Origin: Balanoglossus misakiensis
Lineage: Eukaryota > Animalia > Hemichordata
DNA: 64,000 bases
Reading direction: 5' to 3'
NCBI GenBank assembly: GCA_040954595.2
Contig: CM082590.2
Location: 9,450,088 to 9,514,087, forward strand
The notes under the pieces are model-generated. The model was not told where the DNA came from, did no database searches, and saw nothing but the letters and a program-made list of their open reading frames with translations. Positions 1 through 19,513 of this stretch are shown piece by piece; the stretch's first letter is position 1, and each line of letters opens with the position of its first letter. The translations under genes and the position numbers were made by a program.

Positions 1-3000
1 GCAGCTGTTCCCATTGAAACCCAAGCGGACACACATCGCTATCAGCCTCGATTCTTGTCGTTCATTGTGTTTGTTTGTCTGTTTGTTTGTTTGTTTATTT
101 ATTTATTTATTTATCCATTCATTCATTTAATATTATATGTTTGTTAAATTGTTTATTTCGTTTGTTTGTTTTCTTGTCAACACAGGTAGATCAGTTAAAC
201 GACACTACCTGTGTTGACAAGAAAACAAACAAATAAACAAACAAATATATACTATACCAAAACAGTGTTTTGGTACAGTGTTTTGGTATAGTATATATTT
301 GTTTATTTATTTCATTTGTTTGTTTTTCTTGTCGATTGGCGTTACTGTTAATGTTGACAACTGAAAGTTAAGCCCACACAATAAGAACAAATGACAAGTC
401 CCATCCGCTGTTAACAAAAAATCTCCTGCTGTTCTTGACGTACATATTCGACCTTCATCAGAATCTACAAAGAAGATTTCTTGTTGAAAGAGGTTGATTA
501 TGCTGAGTCTGTGAGATCAACTGGCGGGGATGTTGGGGACTGCAACGATGTGTTGTGTAGTTGTTATAGTAATTAGTAAGTTTGTCTGTCCAACCAGACT
601 GTCTGACAGCAAAGGTCATCTGGGTATCACCATGGACGTCCATGGTATCACAGTCTCTCAAGAAAGTCCCTCTTTCTTGAGGGATCCGATTGTGTCAGAG
701 TGTTAGGAATAAAATGCAGCTTTAGTTAGTAGCATAATGATAATGATATGGGATGTGCCAAGTAATTTTCACACCTCAGGTATTTAGTGGATGTTCTCAT
801 CATGATTGATATTCCACTTATGGGCCTTGGTTGCTTTGACCTATTTGTTTCTTGCCACGTTTTTATTTGTTTAAAAGTGTTTGACAAATACTGCTCAATT
901 ACTGACAGAAAATAACATTTCTTGACCTCCTAAGCTGAAGGGAAACCACCGGAAAAACCCTTTGAGATTCCCGGAATTTTAATAGGCTTTGGGAACACGA
1001 CTCAAAACTGGTCGACCTTGTATTTTTGTACCAGGGAGTAACCTCTGAAAAGTAGGAGGATATTTTGGAAAAGCATAAGTTAGCCGATTGATTACATATG
1101 TCATTATACCTTTTATTGCTTGGGTAAACAAAAATTATTTGCACCCATAGAAATGTCAAGTTCCAGGAAAAAATACAAAGAAAATCTATTATTTAGTAAT
1201 CGGTTCTATTGCTTCTGTTTATTCTTGGAATCCATCTCACATGCTGTCGTGTTCAGCTTGAGTGTTCCTGATTGATTTTATTGATTTTGAATTATGCAAG
1301 GGAAAAAAAGCACAAGGGTGAAAAATCTGACACAAAGGGGAACAGAAAAAGCCAATAGTTGATAAAAAAACTGGATGTGACAGAAATGGAAACATGTTCA
1401 TTTGATTGTTAACCCTTTCATCCCCATTTCCCTCTATAGAGGTCCAACTTTACCGTACAAAAGAATGGATTTGGACCAAACCATGGTGGTGAAAGGGTTG
1501 AATGAATGCGTATAGATAACTAGGTACATAAAAGAAGTTAATCATCTTGGTATTTGGATCGCACAAACATTAGAAACACTTCATGACTTATTAGGTAATG
1601 ATCTATTTATCTGGCCAGGGACTGGTGGTGAATGAGATTAGTGTACAGTTCTAAAGTGTTATTTTTCCAATTTGCTAATTGTGAGTTAAAAATTGGTTAG
1701 TTAGTGTTGGCTGATTTCCACTATTGTTCATCCCACCTGGGTCTATATAGTGGCCACTTTGTTACAGTCCCTGTGCAATTTACATGTGCATTAATTGACC
1801 TGTCTATAAAGGCCACCTGTCTATAAAGGCCAGTTTAGGAAAGTCCCTTGACTGGCCAGTATAGACAGGTTGGACTGTATATTATATTAGTTGTACTAGT
1901 CCATGGTTCTTCTGACACGCACCACATTGCCCACATGGCAGGTTGTAATAATCTCATTTGAACTAGCGGTTTATTGGAGCGTTAACATCTGTCAGGCGTG
2001 CCTGGTATTTTCAGACGTACAATGTGGATGCTGTCAACGACTATTCATTACTCAATGCTGTATCATCACTCAACTAAAACAATGAAGTGCCTGGTTATTA
2101 CTAAAACATATCAACTCCATTTTCATACTTTTTAAACATTAAAGTGAAGGGGTCGTCGTGCCGCGTTTGTTTGTTTATAAACATCACAATCCATCCACAA
2201 ATCCTTGAAATTAGATAATTCTTAGAATGAACGAAGCAGCCAACTGTAGCGTAGACTGGGCATGACAGTAACTGAAGATCCTAGTAGGTCGTGGCGACTG
2301 CAGTGAGGTTTGTGCTGGTATGGGAGAACATATTCTCATCAAGGGGGACACCAACGCTTGATGATGAGACACTACTGAAAACATCATGCATACATACATG
2401 TAGTCTCTCATGCGAAATTATCAAGATAACATCTCCAGATGGTTACTCCATCCACAGTAACCGACGACACATGACAGTTTACTGAACTGTCCATTACGAA
2501 ATAGGGCAATCTGTTTACAAGGGTACTTGATGTCAGTCCTGGGTGACTGCTCTATTCGAATATAATTGTAGTAAGTGATGCAATTTATATGTACCCCCGT
2601 CCCTAAAAGTGTGTCAGTCCGACCTCAGGTGTCTAGGTGTATGTGTACACATGCGATAGGCAAGTTAAAAATATACCGGTAGTCATAAACAAACATAAAT
2701 AAGTTGTTATATATTAACAGGGGCATATTTGATGGTATGGATAAAATAGTGTGTTTGGTGATTAATGCAAATTTTCTTCGTCAAAATGTTGTTTATTTCT
2801 ATAGAAATGTACAAGTCTAGAAACATGGGCTTTTAAAGGGGCATATCTTATGCACAACTACGACTGTTTCCTAATAATAAGCAGTTCTGTGCTCAGGCAG
2901 AAGATCTTTTGTTATATCTAAAGAAATGGCCTTTAGATGGATTTCAGAATCTTAATAAAAGGAGCGAAGATAGCGATGGCCTTGACTTGGTGTGTTGTGT

Positions 3001-3251
3001 GGACAAAGAATCCTTCTGCTTGTAATCCTGTCCATACAGGGCAGTTTTGTGTTAACACAGCTCACATTGCTGGTTTGAAAGACTCTGTCCCAGAAAGAAA
3101 GAAAAGAGGGCAAAGAGAATGGTTGAATGGGTTGTCATTTGAGATGTGGGCAATTCATCGTACTTTTGAAGACTTTGTGTACAGTACTTAGCCAGGACTA
3201 CATGTATTGTGCAAGAGTTGGTTGGCCTCAGAGTCACCTCTGTCTGTTTAA

Positions 3252-3335
3252 CCCTTTCACCCCACTTCCCTGTTTAGAGGTCCAACTTTACCATAGAAAA
3301 CAATAGAATTGGACCGAACCATGGTGGTGAAAGGG
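3252..3335. mobile_element. ~85-bp piggyBac-like MITE (TTAA, CCCTTTCACC TIR); representative copy
   Basis: TTAA-CCCTTTCACC...GGTGAAAGGG-TTAA. Other copies: 1413-1497, 5072-5156, 7176-7259, 13612-13696, 54310-54394, with degraded ones near 4540, 8702, 10312, 48043, 51955 and 57952. Confidence 0.85.
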
Positions 3336-5820
3336 TTAAACAAATAGTTGAGGTGCTAAATTGACTAACCTGGGCTGGCTTTGGGTTAGCCCCCAGATAA
3401 CCCAGTCAGAAACTTAGTTCTGATCTGTACTGTACACATATATAAACTTAGATGTCAGGGTGACCTCTTTCTGACCTTCTAATCACAAGAAAAGTAAACA
3501 CTCAACAAAGGTGTGCTGTCTCGTACACATGTGCCATCAGGCACGGACATGAGGCAACTGAAATCCTGATGATAAAAAGGACATCGACCTCTCATCATGT
3601 GACTCTCTCATCCAATGCCATGATCCTCAGCAGGGTAATCGCGAACAGGTGACCGATTATCGCAAAACAAACTAGTTCTTTGCTGTACGAGTGCATCATA
3701 GATGATTTTCAACTAGCAAGATAATAGATTGAAAGTATTAGATCGGGTTAGATAATTTACAGCATTCTCCCCAGGAATTTCTGATACAGTGTCAGCTAAC
3801 TTGCATAGAATTATAATTAATTTTAATATGATAATTAGTTTATACTGTTTTCCCTATATTTAAAGTATACGGTTATTGAAGTATTGAAGGACTGGGTGCG
3901 GGTTCGCAGTCACTGACATAAAACCTACTTGACCGAAGGCACGTTTCGCCCTAATGGCTTAGCTAAAAGCGGGGCTATTGTTTCCAAACAGGATTCGGAA
4001 CTAGGTCAGGTCATGGCGTACTCAGTAAGCGATGTGTACTTTAGCTGTTCCTAAGTACGTCAACCTGTGTGGGTATCGTAAACCAGTTTCAAGTCTATTT
4101 TGGAATTGAGCGCACGGGTTGAGCGGAATGAGACAAAAGAGGCTGGAGACAGCTGCTCAAATTCTCTGTTCCGTTTCCTAGCCCTGTGTTACCCCAGCGC
4201 AACCTTGAAGCTAGCCCATTGCTAACCCAGTTCTAACCCAACGCCTGTACAGTTCCGGACCAGTGCCAAATTGTCTGAATCTCTCCACCATATGCTGCAG
4301 ATTACATGTACTCGATAAAATGGATTATTTGAAGTGACCCAAACAACTGGCAGCCAGATTTTGCAGCTCTAGACTTATAAAAGCAAATATTAGCTGAGCG
4401 GAATTTGCAGCAATCATAAACACTTGCAGAAGGCGCCATATGTATATATTTATAACACACATGGGAAAAATCCTAGTTTTGTGCACATTGGTAGAGGTTA
4501 TAATATTTACACTCATTGCTGCTTTGATACAAGCCTACTTTTGTTTTCTATGGTAAGCTTGGACCTCTAAAGAGGGAACTGGGGGTGAAATGGTTAATGT
4601 ATTTCATTCGAATTATGTCTGTTTCAAATGGGTGAAAAGTTGAATGATTTAATGATGCAATGCCAATAAAAAGACTGGTATGTAAGGTTACTCAGGGGTC
4701 ATGAAAGTAGTTCATTGGAGAAGAATGCTTGGTCTGTCCAAACCACTTTGGATATAGAACAGGTCTGTTCAACCGAACATGTAGACAGTGGGTCTATTAT
4801 TTACCCATGAAGAAATTGACATACTGTAAAACGAGAACATAGGCAACTATTCCTTGACGAATAATTTTTGCGTTCTCTTTATCTGCGAATAACATTCTAT
4901 TGTACACATTGTTCTTTCGCTATATCGCATTTCTTTGGCTCTTGCCAAGATCGTAAAAATTTAATGTTCGCGAAAATTTCCAATTTTACAGTACACACAA
5001 CCAGTAGAAATAACCTGGACACTGTACTGGCTTGTTAATCCGGTCCATGGGTTTTAAGTCTATGCCTATAACCCTTTCACCCCCAGTTCCCTGTTTAGAA
5101 GTCCAGCTTTACCATAGAAAATGACGGATTTGGACTGAACCACGGCAGTTAAAGGGTTAAGTCAGTGAACTTTGTTTCTGGTCGTTGTTCGAATTTCGAA
5201 TTCTGAGGTAAAAAGTTCAGTGAGAGGAGCTACTTGGCCCTGCGCCAAGGCCTTGAGATTTCTGATGTTTGTCACTCATTGGTCAATTTACGCAATGTAT
5301 GTCAAGGGTGATAGTGTCATCTGAAGGGCAAGGTCAGTTGACTCTGCGTGGCCAATGTGTGCTTTTGTTTGCTTGTTTGTTTACTTCACGTTTTTCATTC
5401 ATCAAAAAGATCATTTTCCGAAGACCACAAGACCCTGCGAGATTTTGTATAGCTAGGTAGTTTATATGACATTCTCATATCACAGGACAAACAACACAAG
5501 GCCCATCATATAATTAAACAACGCAAAAGTTACAATTTATTAGTTAAACTCTTCATCTACATAGTCTAATTTCATACAAAGTTGACTGTCCAAATCAAAG
5601 TTTCCTCGATCAAATAAATTTATGGATATCAACCTGACAGTTGCATAAAAGTCACATGAGAAATACTGTTCATCAAGTAACAACTTAAATGTAAAATTCA
5701 GCAATTTAAATACTTAATTGTTTTGTTTTGTTTGTCTTTTTCCACCACAGGTTTATCTTGTTCAGTAATCCACACTTCATCCGGGTCGTGTGTTTTATTG
5801 TAAGAGAGAAGGCCGGCAAA

Positions 5821-10817
<4,997 letters not shown>

Positions 10818-13611
10818 AAGACGGAAAGAAGAAAAAAATGAACTGTGTATCTCTGGACTCGTTTTTCACCCATTGCCAAGTGAAGGGAACACAAACAACA
10901 GCTGATCCACTTCAGATGGAATGCACTTTTAGAAGTCTTTAGTCGATTATAACCATCCTCAAGCTTATAATTTCCATTTTGTCTTGAACAACACCCTATT
11001 TTAAAATCTGTAAAATAACCAGGGTCTTCAGCATTCCATTTCCAAGAATTCTCATTCAAATTTCGCGATGAATTTTATCAGCATGTTGAATTGAAATTTG
11101 CCTATCAATCTGACAGAGACCAATATTGGTGGCCATATTTAATACAAATTTCCCAATTGATCGAACAGATTTTCAGGGCAGCCATCTTGAATTCAAATCA
11201 AACAGCAAATGTTTGGTAGGTATTGTGAGTTAAAATTTCCCTACCAATGTAACCGACTATTTTCGACGGACATTTTTAAATTCAAATTTGCCTCTTGATC
11301 TGATAGACTTATTGGGCAGCCATCTTGAATTCAAATTTCCCTGTCAAATAAATTTTGGTGGCCATCGTAAATTTTTAACTAAACTGCAGAAATAAAGTAC
11401 AATATTTATCATCTTGACAGATCAAAATTATCAAATTTGTCACAGATCTAATCTGAATTTATCAGCCATTTTGAATTTCAAATATTGGAATATCTGCTTG
11501 GACTAAAACTTTGCCAGTTACCATTAACATGTTGTGCAATTTTGATAGACAAAATATGAAATTCTTGAAAGAGAAAATTTGAATTTCTTAAAAGAAAAAA
11601 ATTGATGGACCTGTCCACTTACAAATGGTTGTTGTAATCTAAACATATTGGCTTTTTTGCTGTGTTCCATGCAAAGACAGGATGATATAATCCTTTGTTG
11701 ACTGTAACTTGGTACAACCCAGTTCTTTTCAGTGTTGGAAATTGGACCTCTGTACCTGAAAAGAGGGGTGGAAGGGTGAAGTATTTATATGCAGAGACAG
11801 TACAGAGATTTTCAGAGTTTTTTTCTGGACTTTCAAGACATCCTATAAAATGGAAACTGTATTTTTCCATTGTTACCTGTGTACATACATAAAGTGATTA
11901 TAATATACAATATAGCGATCAGCTGCCAAGGGGTATTCTGGGAAATCTTTCCTTCAGAAGATGCCATTTCCCCTCTGGAAGTGAAATTCCGGATGTAATT
12001 TCCATTGTCTGCACTGCGATCCAGCATCCTGGAACGCTGATCTCGGTCGGTTGTGTTTCATCGAGGGGGACATTCCATTTTTTGCACCATCCCCCCCTAT
12101 TGCCTGTTTTGTAATGGATCGACCCTATTGAGTTAGAGAGTGGTGGCTTATTCTATAATGCTAAACCAGGGTAGGACTGATGTCACTATCTTAACATCTT
12201 AACCAGGGACAAACAGTTTATGTACCATTCTGCATAAAGGGGTAACAATCGACACAAACGTTTCAGGATGTACCTCAGTAGACATCAAACCTTTCTTTGT
12301 GTTTCTTGATACAGAATTCAAGTGACCGACTAGTGTTGTCCATAGTAACGCACAAGAAAAAGCTCTCCTTATCAAACAACCATCTCAAACTTTTTTCTTT
12401 TGTGGCACAGATTTGCCAGAAATCTCAATGTGTATTTCTCATAATGCATGGTCGTAAAACAAGCACCTTTAGTTGCAGAAAAAAAATCAGACTGCTTAAC
12501 TACTGGAAAAATGACACAGGACTCCTTAGTTTAATACACAAAGAATGATTCAGGTTTTGTGACCTTTGAACTATGTTTTGCCAGAAGTACAATTACAACC
12601 TGCCATTTTAATATCAGCTTAATAATGCTGTGCATTATGATAGAAATTCTTTGATCATTGAAATACCATTCCTTGTTTTCCCGGTGACGTTCAGAACTCA
12701 TTTTTCGGGGTTGGTGATTTAACTGGAGGTTGTGTAATGGAAACAGAGGCAGTTTCTTGAGTGTGCATCTTTTTTGCACGGGCGTTGTCCAAGATATTTG
12801 TTGTACATAACTTGTAAAGTCAACTGTTGTCCGGGTGACAACATACTGTAGATGGCGGCCCCCCAAAGTTGGTGGGAAATGTTCCTGGGCCTTTTAAGTT
12901 AGTGGGAAGTTATTCAAGTCCCCTAAGTTGGTGGAAAACTGGGAACCAGCTCACTGTTGGTGATCTCAGGCCTATTCTGTTGATGTCGCATATGGCTTTG
13001 TGATTAAATGAAACTACGATGGCCGACGTACTGATAAAATCTCTCTCACATTGTGAGACCTGCTTGAACATGTGTCTGGATGACTGGCCAATCAGATTGA
13101 GATATTTGACCTTTAGGATGTGTGACCTTTGGAACGTGTCTCGTAACCAGGATGTAGAAGCCTGATTGTTGAAATTCAAGTCTGTATGGGGTGGGGGGTG
13201 TTTGTAGTGAAGGCCAGCCCTACAAAATTCTGGGCCATACAATCACCCCTTGAATATGGATACCCAGGATGTGTGACCTGAAGGTCAGATACCTGATGTG
13301 TGAACTTTGAACTTAGGATAGATAACACCTAGGGTATGTGCATTGCACTGAGTGTAGAATAGGTTTCTTAGCAAGACCTGTGTAATAGGTGAAATCACAC
13401 AAATCAGAAGAATAGTTGAATATTTTACAAATCAGACACTCTACCACATTTTTTTTGTTTATTTATATTGTCTATTTCAGAGTTCTTACGCTGTTTTAGA
13501 ATAGATTTATGTATTTATGAAAACGGTAACGCCACATTGTACTAGAACACACACTCTTACATTGCTGTGTGTTCTAGGGACGTCTTATGCAGATGATGAG
13601 CACACGATTAA

Positions 13612-13696
13612 CCCTTTCACTACAATGGTTCAGTCCAAAACCCATTGTTACCTATGGTAAAGTTGGACCTTTAAAGAGGGAATGGGGGTGAAAGGG
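13612..13696. mobile_element. piggyBac-like ~85-bp MITE in the SPOP 3' UTR
   Basis: Intact TTAA flanks and TIRs; same family as 3252-3335, opposite orientation. Confidence 0.85.
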
Positions 13697-13769
13697 TTAA
13701 AAAGTAGTCCATACTATTATGTTTTATGTGCCATTCTAAGGTAAAGATGTCGTTTGTTTCTTTTATGCA

Positions 13770-13825
13770 AATAAAGTTACTTCAGAGGTTGACCAATAAA
13801 TGTGGTTGTCATTTGTGTCTATCTC
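13770..13825 (+). terminator. Probable SPOP polyadenylation region (implies a ~3-kb 3' UTR)
   Basis: Two AATAAA (13770, 13795) followed by a GT-rich tract (tgtggttgtcatttgtgtct). An earlier AATAAA near 11391 could be a proximal site. Confidence 0.5.
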
Positions 13826-14691
13826 ATTAGCCATTTCACACTGTGGTACAAATAACATCTCTTTTTGGAAAGTGTGTGTCTTTGCAAATATATGTCAAAA
13901 TGAGTTAAGAAACCATCATCTCAATTCATACTCTCAAGTCTAATCTCCACAGTTGATTTTAATCAGATTGGTCCAAATATAAGACTACAGCTAGCTTGTA
14001 AAGGATTCAAGTTGTCAGCCTTGGTCGAACAGATGAACCAGTGGATGTATACTATACACCTACACCCACCCCTTCTAACAAACAACGCTAACACATCAAA
14101 TATCACCATTTAATTCTTTGGGGACGTTTTCCTTTTTTGTCTCCAAGAAAGTTTGAGAATCACCTATATACATCGCCCTCGTACGACATAATCACCAACC
14201 CTAATATACTTTTGTTTTCATCTCACATCAGGTGTGTGAGCAAAAATAAGAAATTACCAAATCCTGTCTTTTAAACACAAAACAACTGAACTGAAGACAA
14301 TTTCGTTGTTTAATTGGTACCTTGGATCTACTGGGAAGTTGCTTTTAAAATGAATGAAAAATACTGTGAGAAAACCACACGCCTTTTCGCCCAAGATTGT
14401 ATCAAAATATTTTTAATGGTTACACTGAGCAATATTACGTAATGGAGATTAAGAAAGTGTATTCACTATGTGAAACCGTAACTAGAGTTGACGTTACCTG
14501 GTTTTAAATACTAGTACATATCCCCACGGTGCATGAGCGGTTTTGGGGGGGATAGAAATCGTCTTTTCATGCAAAGCATTTTAAGTGCAGTGGTCTTAAA
14601 GTAGGATAGGCCTCTAGCTATACGCAACAGTGTGGAATGCAGGACCATTAGACAGCGTGCTGACGTTTGACATACATGTACATTTCGGATC

Positions 14692-17600
14692 ATGACAGGT
14701 AAGGTACATTTCATTTCATTGAGAGAGACATGTGTACAATGCCATGTATATGATTGCCGGTTTCTCTCTCTCTTGTCTCCATGGATACGGACAGAGAGGT
14801 GTATACATACATATACCGTGACATATACCGTGAGGCAACCTGTAACGTTGGCCTTGCTAGTCAGGGATGTGTTGTCAATTGGTGGCGCGCGTTCCCGTCG
14901 CTATGGAAATCGACGCGTGAACTGCGCGTACAGCAATTAAGCTACAGTTACCATGGCAAACTGAGATCTACCCAATCACAAATTTTCAGTGGGTGGCACA
15001 AGTGAAAAAAGAGTGTCACCATGTGTTCTTTAGAACTGTCATGTACGCCATTTTTGTCTAATATTATTAATTCGAAGAGTTGAGCTACCGCAAGATCTAC
15101 CATTGTATGACGTTCTATCGTAATGTTTTTACACATTGAATGAATTCAGTGTTGCGTAGAAAGCGAATTGAATGAGCAACGGGAGACCAAAATCGTTCTA
15201 GTTTGACATTGTGGGGACCGCGGTCACCTTGACACTTACAATGACCGACATACGAGTTGAAAAAAGCAAACACGTAGAAATGGAATAAAGTGCTCTCACG
15301 CGAAAAATCGATCAATTAGTGACAGTTCGACATTTTGGTATTTGCTCTGTAAATATACTTTGACTGTTTATTTGTGTTTATAAGGCATACACAGGTCGTT
15401 GTCATGACACCCAGATGATGACAAGTGCAGAAAATACTAGTATCACGCCTTCATATTATGAATTCATCTCTTACATAACACGACATTATGGCTCTTAAGC
15501 TTATTTATATTTCATATTTGTTGCATAATTGAATCACCAATTTGCATATTTACGATTTTACGTGCTTTTAGCTGTATGAAATTACACAGATTTTCATTGG
15601 TTTAGAATAGTCACGTGCATACTTAATCACTTGCTCGTGCACGTACGTGTAAACTATCGTCGTGTGAGATGATGAAGTTTTTACTTCTCGAAATACGTTA
15701 AAAGTTGAAGCAGAAAAAACATGAAGAGGTTGATTAGGATGACTGGATCCTGGAGAATCCCTCGCGGAAATTTTGCGAAAGAAAATGTCGTTCATCGATT
15801 CTTTCCGGTTGGCCGAAGTCTGATCATGTGAGCTTCCAACATATATTTAATACTGCAGATGTGTCATGGTTTCATTGTTGATTGTAATAATATTCCCCAG
15901 AACAAGATGATCTCTTTGCATGTTCATGACGATGGATAACCATAGTGGCATGAGTGTAAAACCTATTTTGTTCTGGGGAAACTTGCAATGTATAAATTTT
16001 AGTGTAGTTAAGAGATGCGGACAGAAATGATCTTGTAGGGTCAACTTCCGGTCAACGTATTGTCTGACGTTGCTACGTTGCATACATGTTTAAAACTTTT
16101 AAGAGTGGTGCATAACATAATTGAACAATCACAAGTGCTATGGTCAGCCCAGTTCATGTGTGATCAGGGTCTAAATAATTAGACAAACAATGCTGAGCAC
16201 AGTGACCAATCACAAGTGTTGTGGTCAGCCTGTTCTATGTATGTGGCAACTAACTGACCAATCATAATGATCAGGGTCTAAATAATTGGCTAAACAATGA
16301 CCAGGGTAGTGACCAATCACAAGTGTTGTGGTCAGCCTGTTCTATGTGTGTGGCAACTAAATGACCAATCAGAATGATAAGGGTCTAAATAATTGGCTAA
16401 ACAATGACCAGGGTAGTGACCAATCACAAGTGGTGTGGTCAGCCTGTTCCCTGTGTGTGGACACTAACTGACCAATCATAATGATCAGGGTCTAAATAAA
16501 TGGCTAAACAATGACCAGGGTAGTGACCAATCACAAGTGCTGTGGTCAGCCTGTTCTATGTGTGTGGTAACTAACTGACCAATCAGAATGATAAGGGTCT
16601 AAATAATTGGCTAAACAATGACCAGGGTAGTGACCAATCACAAGTGGTGTGGTCAGCCTGTTCCCTGTGTGTGGACACTAACTGACCAATCATAATGATC
16701 AGGGTCTAAATAGTTAGACAAACAATGACCAGGGTAGTGACCAATCACAAGTGCTGTGGTCAGCCTGTTCTATGTATGTGGCAACTAACTGACCAATCAG
16801 AATGATAAGGGTCTAAATAATTAGACAAACAATGACCAGGGTAGTGACCAATCACAAGTGCTGTGGTCAGCCTGTTCTATGTGTGTGGTAACTAACTGAC
16901 CAATCGGAATGATCAGGGTCTAAATAATTGGCTAAACAATGACCAGGGTAGTGACCAATCACAAGTGCTGTGGTCAGTCTGTTCTATGTGTGTGGTAACT
17001 AACTGACCAATCATAATGATCGGGGTCTAAATAATTGGCTAAACAATGACCAGGGAAGTGACCAATCCCACGTGTTGTGGTCAGCCTGTTCTATGTGTGT
17101 GGTAACTTATTGACCAATCAGAAAGATTGAGGTCTAAAATTATTAGCTAAACAGTAACTGGCTAGTGACCAATCACAAGTGCTGTGCTTGACCTGCTTCA
17201 GATATGTGGAAAGTAATTGACTAATCAGAAAAAAGTTTAAACTTATGAAGCATTATTTTTCACACTATCCAAACAAACTTTTGAAGATCATTTTGCCACT
17301 ATTAATTTTGTTGAAATAAACCACTGACTATTTATAATTCTGAGAAAATTTCTTCCTTGTTATTAATGAGCCACATGTAATGACAGATGAATCCTAAATG
17401 TAATATATTTTGACTTTTTATAATTCTTTTGACAGATTACAAGGTCGGACAGTGCGTCGAGGTCTCTATCTCAAGGACATGGACTTTAGCCACAGTGGAA
17501 GAAGTTGGTGAATTGAAGATCCAAGGGTTTAAGGCAAGTACATTGCTTTCTGTCTTTGTGAATGATTTGAATACATACGAACTTGCCTCGCTGATGTGTA

Positions 17601-19458
17601 CTATACAGATGGAGAGATAGACAGTTAGTCAGATTGGCAGACAGACTAAGAGATGGACAGACACAGACAGACAGGCAGGCAGACAGACAGACTGACTGAC
17701 CAACTGACTGGCCACTAACTGACGGAAAGATCCTAATCTTGATTTTTTGCATCCTTTTGTAGATCCATTATGATAAATGGGATTCTGCTTATGATGAGGT
17801 CAAGCCTCTGTCTGACTGCAAATACCGTGACAACAGCGATATTACAGATCCATCAAAGGTGAGGAGAATTCCGATTTAAATTTAACGGTTACACATTAAG
17901 ATTGCTAGATATGAATATACTAAATAGGATACACAATTTCAACTCAGACGTGTGAAGAAAATAAGCATTTCTGTTGTTTTTATGTACAACTTTGAAAGAG
18001 TGAACAGAATTGTGTTGAATGGTCTGGATCTTCTTCCGGACGCAGCACAGAATAGAATTGGGTTTCTAATTTATTTTATTGCAGAAACTCTACAGCAAAC
18101 TATTTCACAGATATTTTTTAAGGAAGTGGACATTATTAATGTGCGGGGAGGGCTAGGGCATCTTCAGGGAGAGTTGCTGTTTTCTGTGCAGACATTTAAG
18201 ATGCAGGTATATAAGCTAGCCTTTCATTAAAGCTCAGTGAATGTGTCTTTTATGAACAGATCAGCCCTGGAACACAGCTTATTGTCGTTTGGCTGGGAAC
18301 GTGGTACAACTCTACCGTCCTTGAAGTCATTCAGAGTAGGGTCATCAAAGTGAGTTTGGGCGCGTCAAACGAATCTATTTGGATTGAAGAGAAAAAAGTC
18401 CGTCCAGCCAAAGGTACGTGCATGACGGTGTTGACTTCACAGTCAAACCTGTCGATAGTGGCCAGTCAAGGGACTTTCCTAAACTGGAGAAAGGTGGCCT
18501 TTATAGACAGGTCAATAAATACATAAATTGCACAGGGACTGTAACTTAGTGGTCATTATATAGAGGTGACCACTGTACAGAGGTGGCCACTAATACAGGT
18601 TTGACTGTACACATATAGGTAGTGTCGATAAGCTTAAAATTTCTTGGTGTTCTCGTGTTGTTTTGTTCAGTGTCTGTGCTGACTGTTGTATAGTGGAAGT
18701 CTGTCTTTTTCCACTTTTGTTGAAGTTTTGTGACATCCATTCTGTAATGGATCTGTGTCAATTGTGTTTTGCGTTTGTTTCTGGTGTATTTTTTGTGTGT
18801 AAGGAAAGTGCAGTAGATATATGTATACACTGACACAACAAGAATGCTAAAAAACATCATGAAAAGTTACAGCTAACTGAGCTTTAATCAGTCAATCAAT
18901 TGAATGGATAAGTGTGTGACCAACTACCTACCCAGCAATCCAATTAATTGATTGATTGGTTGTTTCCCTGATTGATTGATTAGTGATGATTGATCAATGC
19001 AAATTTGATTTACAGACGGTGCAGCTGATGGGTGTTCAGTGAACAACGGTCCTTTGGCGCCTGGTCAGAAAATCAAGACAAAACGTTATAATAAGGAACT
19101 TGATGGAGTTGTCTTGGAAAGGCGGTCTCAACTCATCTATAAGGTCAGTACAGCAGTGTATTCTTTACTATCAATCACGTGATCTGGCCATGTGGAAATT
19201 TAAGCACAGTTACCATGCAAAGTTGAGATCTAGCCAATCACACATATTTTCAGAATGTCCATGAATCACTGGCGTGGAGAAATGGAATATTAGGAGTACT
19301 TTCACAACATAATGTCTCGTCTTTTTGTTTGGAAGGTGACATATGATGGTTGGGGAAGTGTGTATGATGAGGGAATTCTTCCAGACGTGTGTAAATATCG
19401 AGACGGCAGCAAAATAGCAAATCCAGAAGATGTAAGTTTGTTTGTTTGTTTGTTTCTG

Positions 19459-19513
<55 letters not shown>

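Noticed and set aside
15721-15830. Alternative first coding exon for the TIR gene
   Set aside because: The frame needed to join exon 17436 (phase 1) contains a stop. ATG ACA G|gtaagg at 14692 fits better.
16123-17230. CRISPR-like regular array (also 39050-39795)
   Set aside because: The whole unit repeats, there are no unique spacers and no cas genes, and the context is eukaryotic. These are minisatellites.
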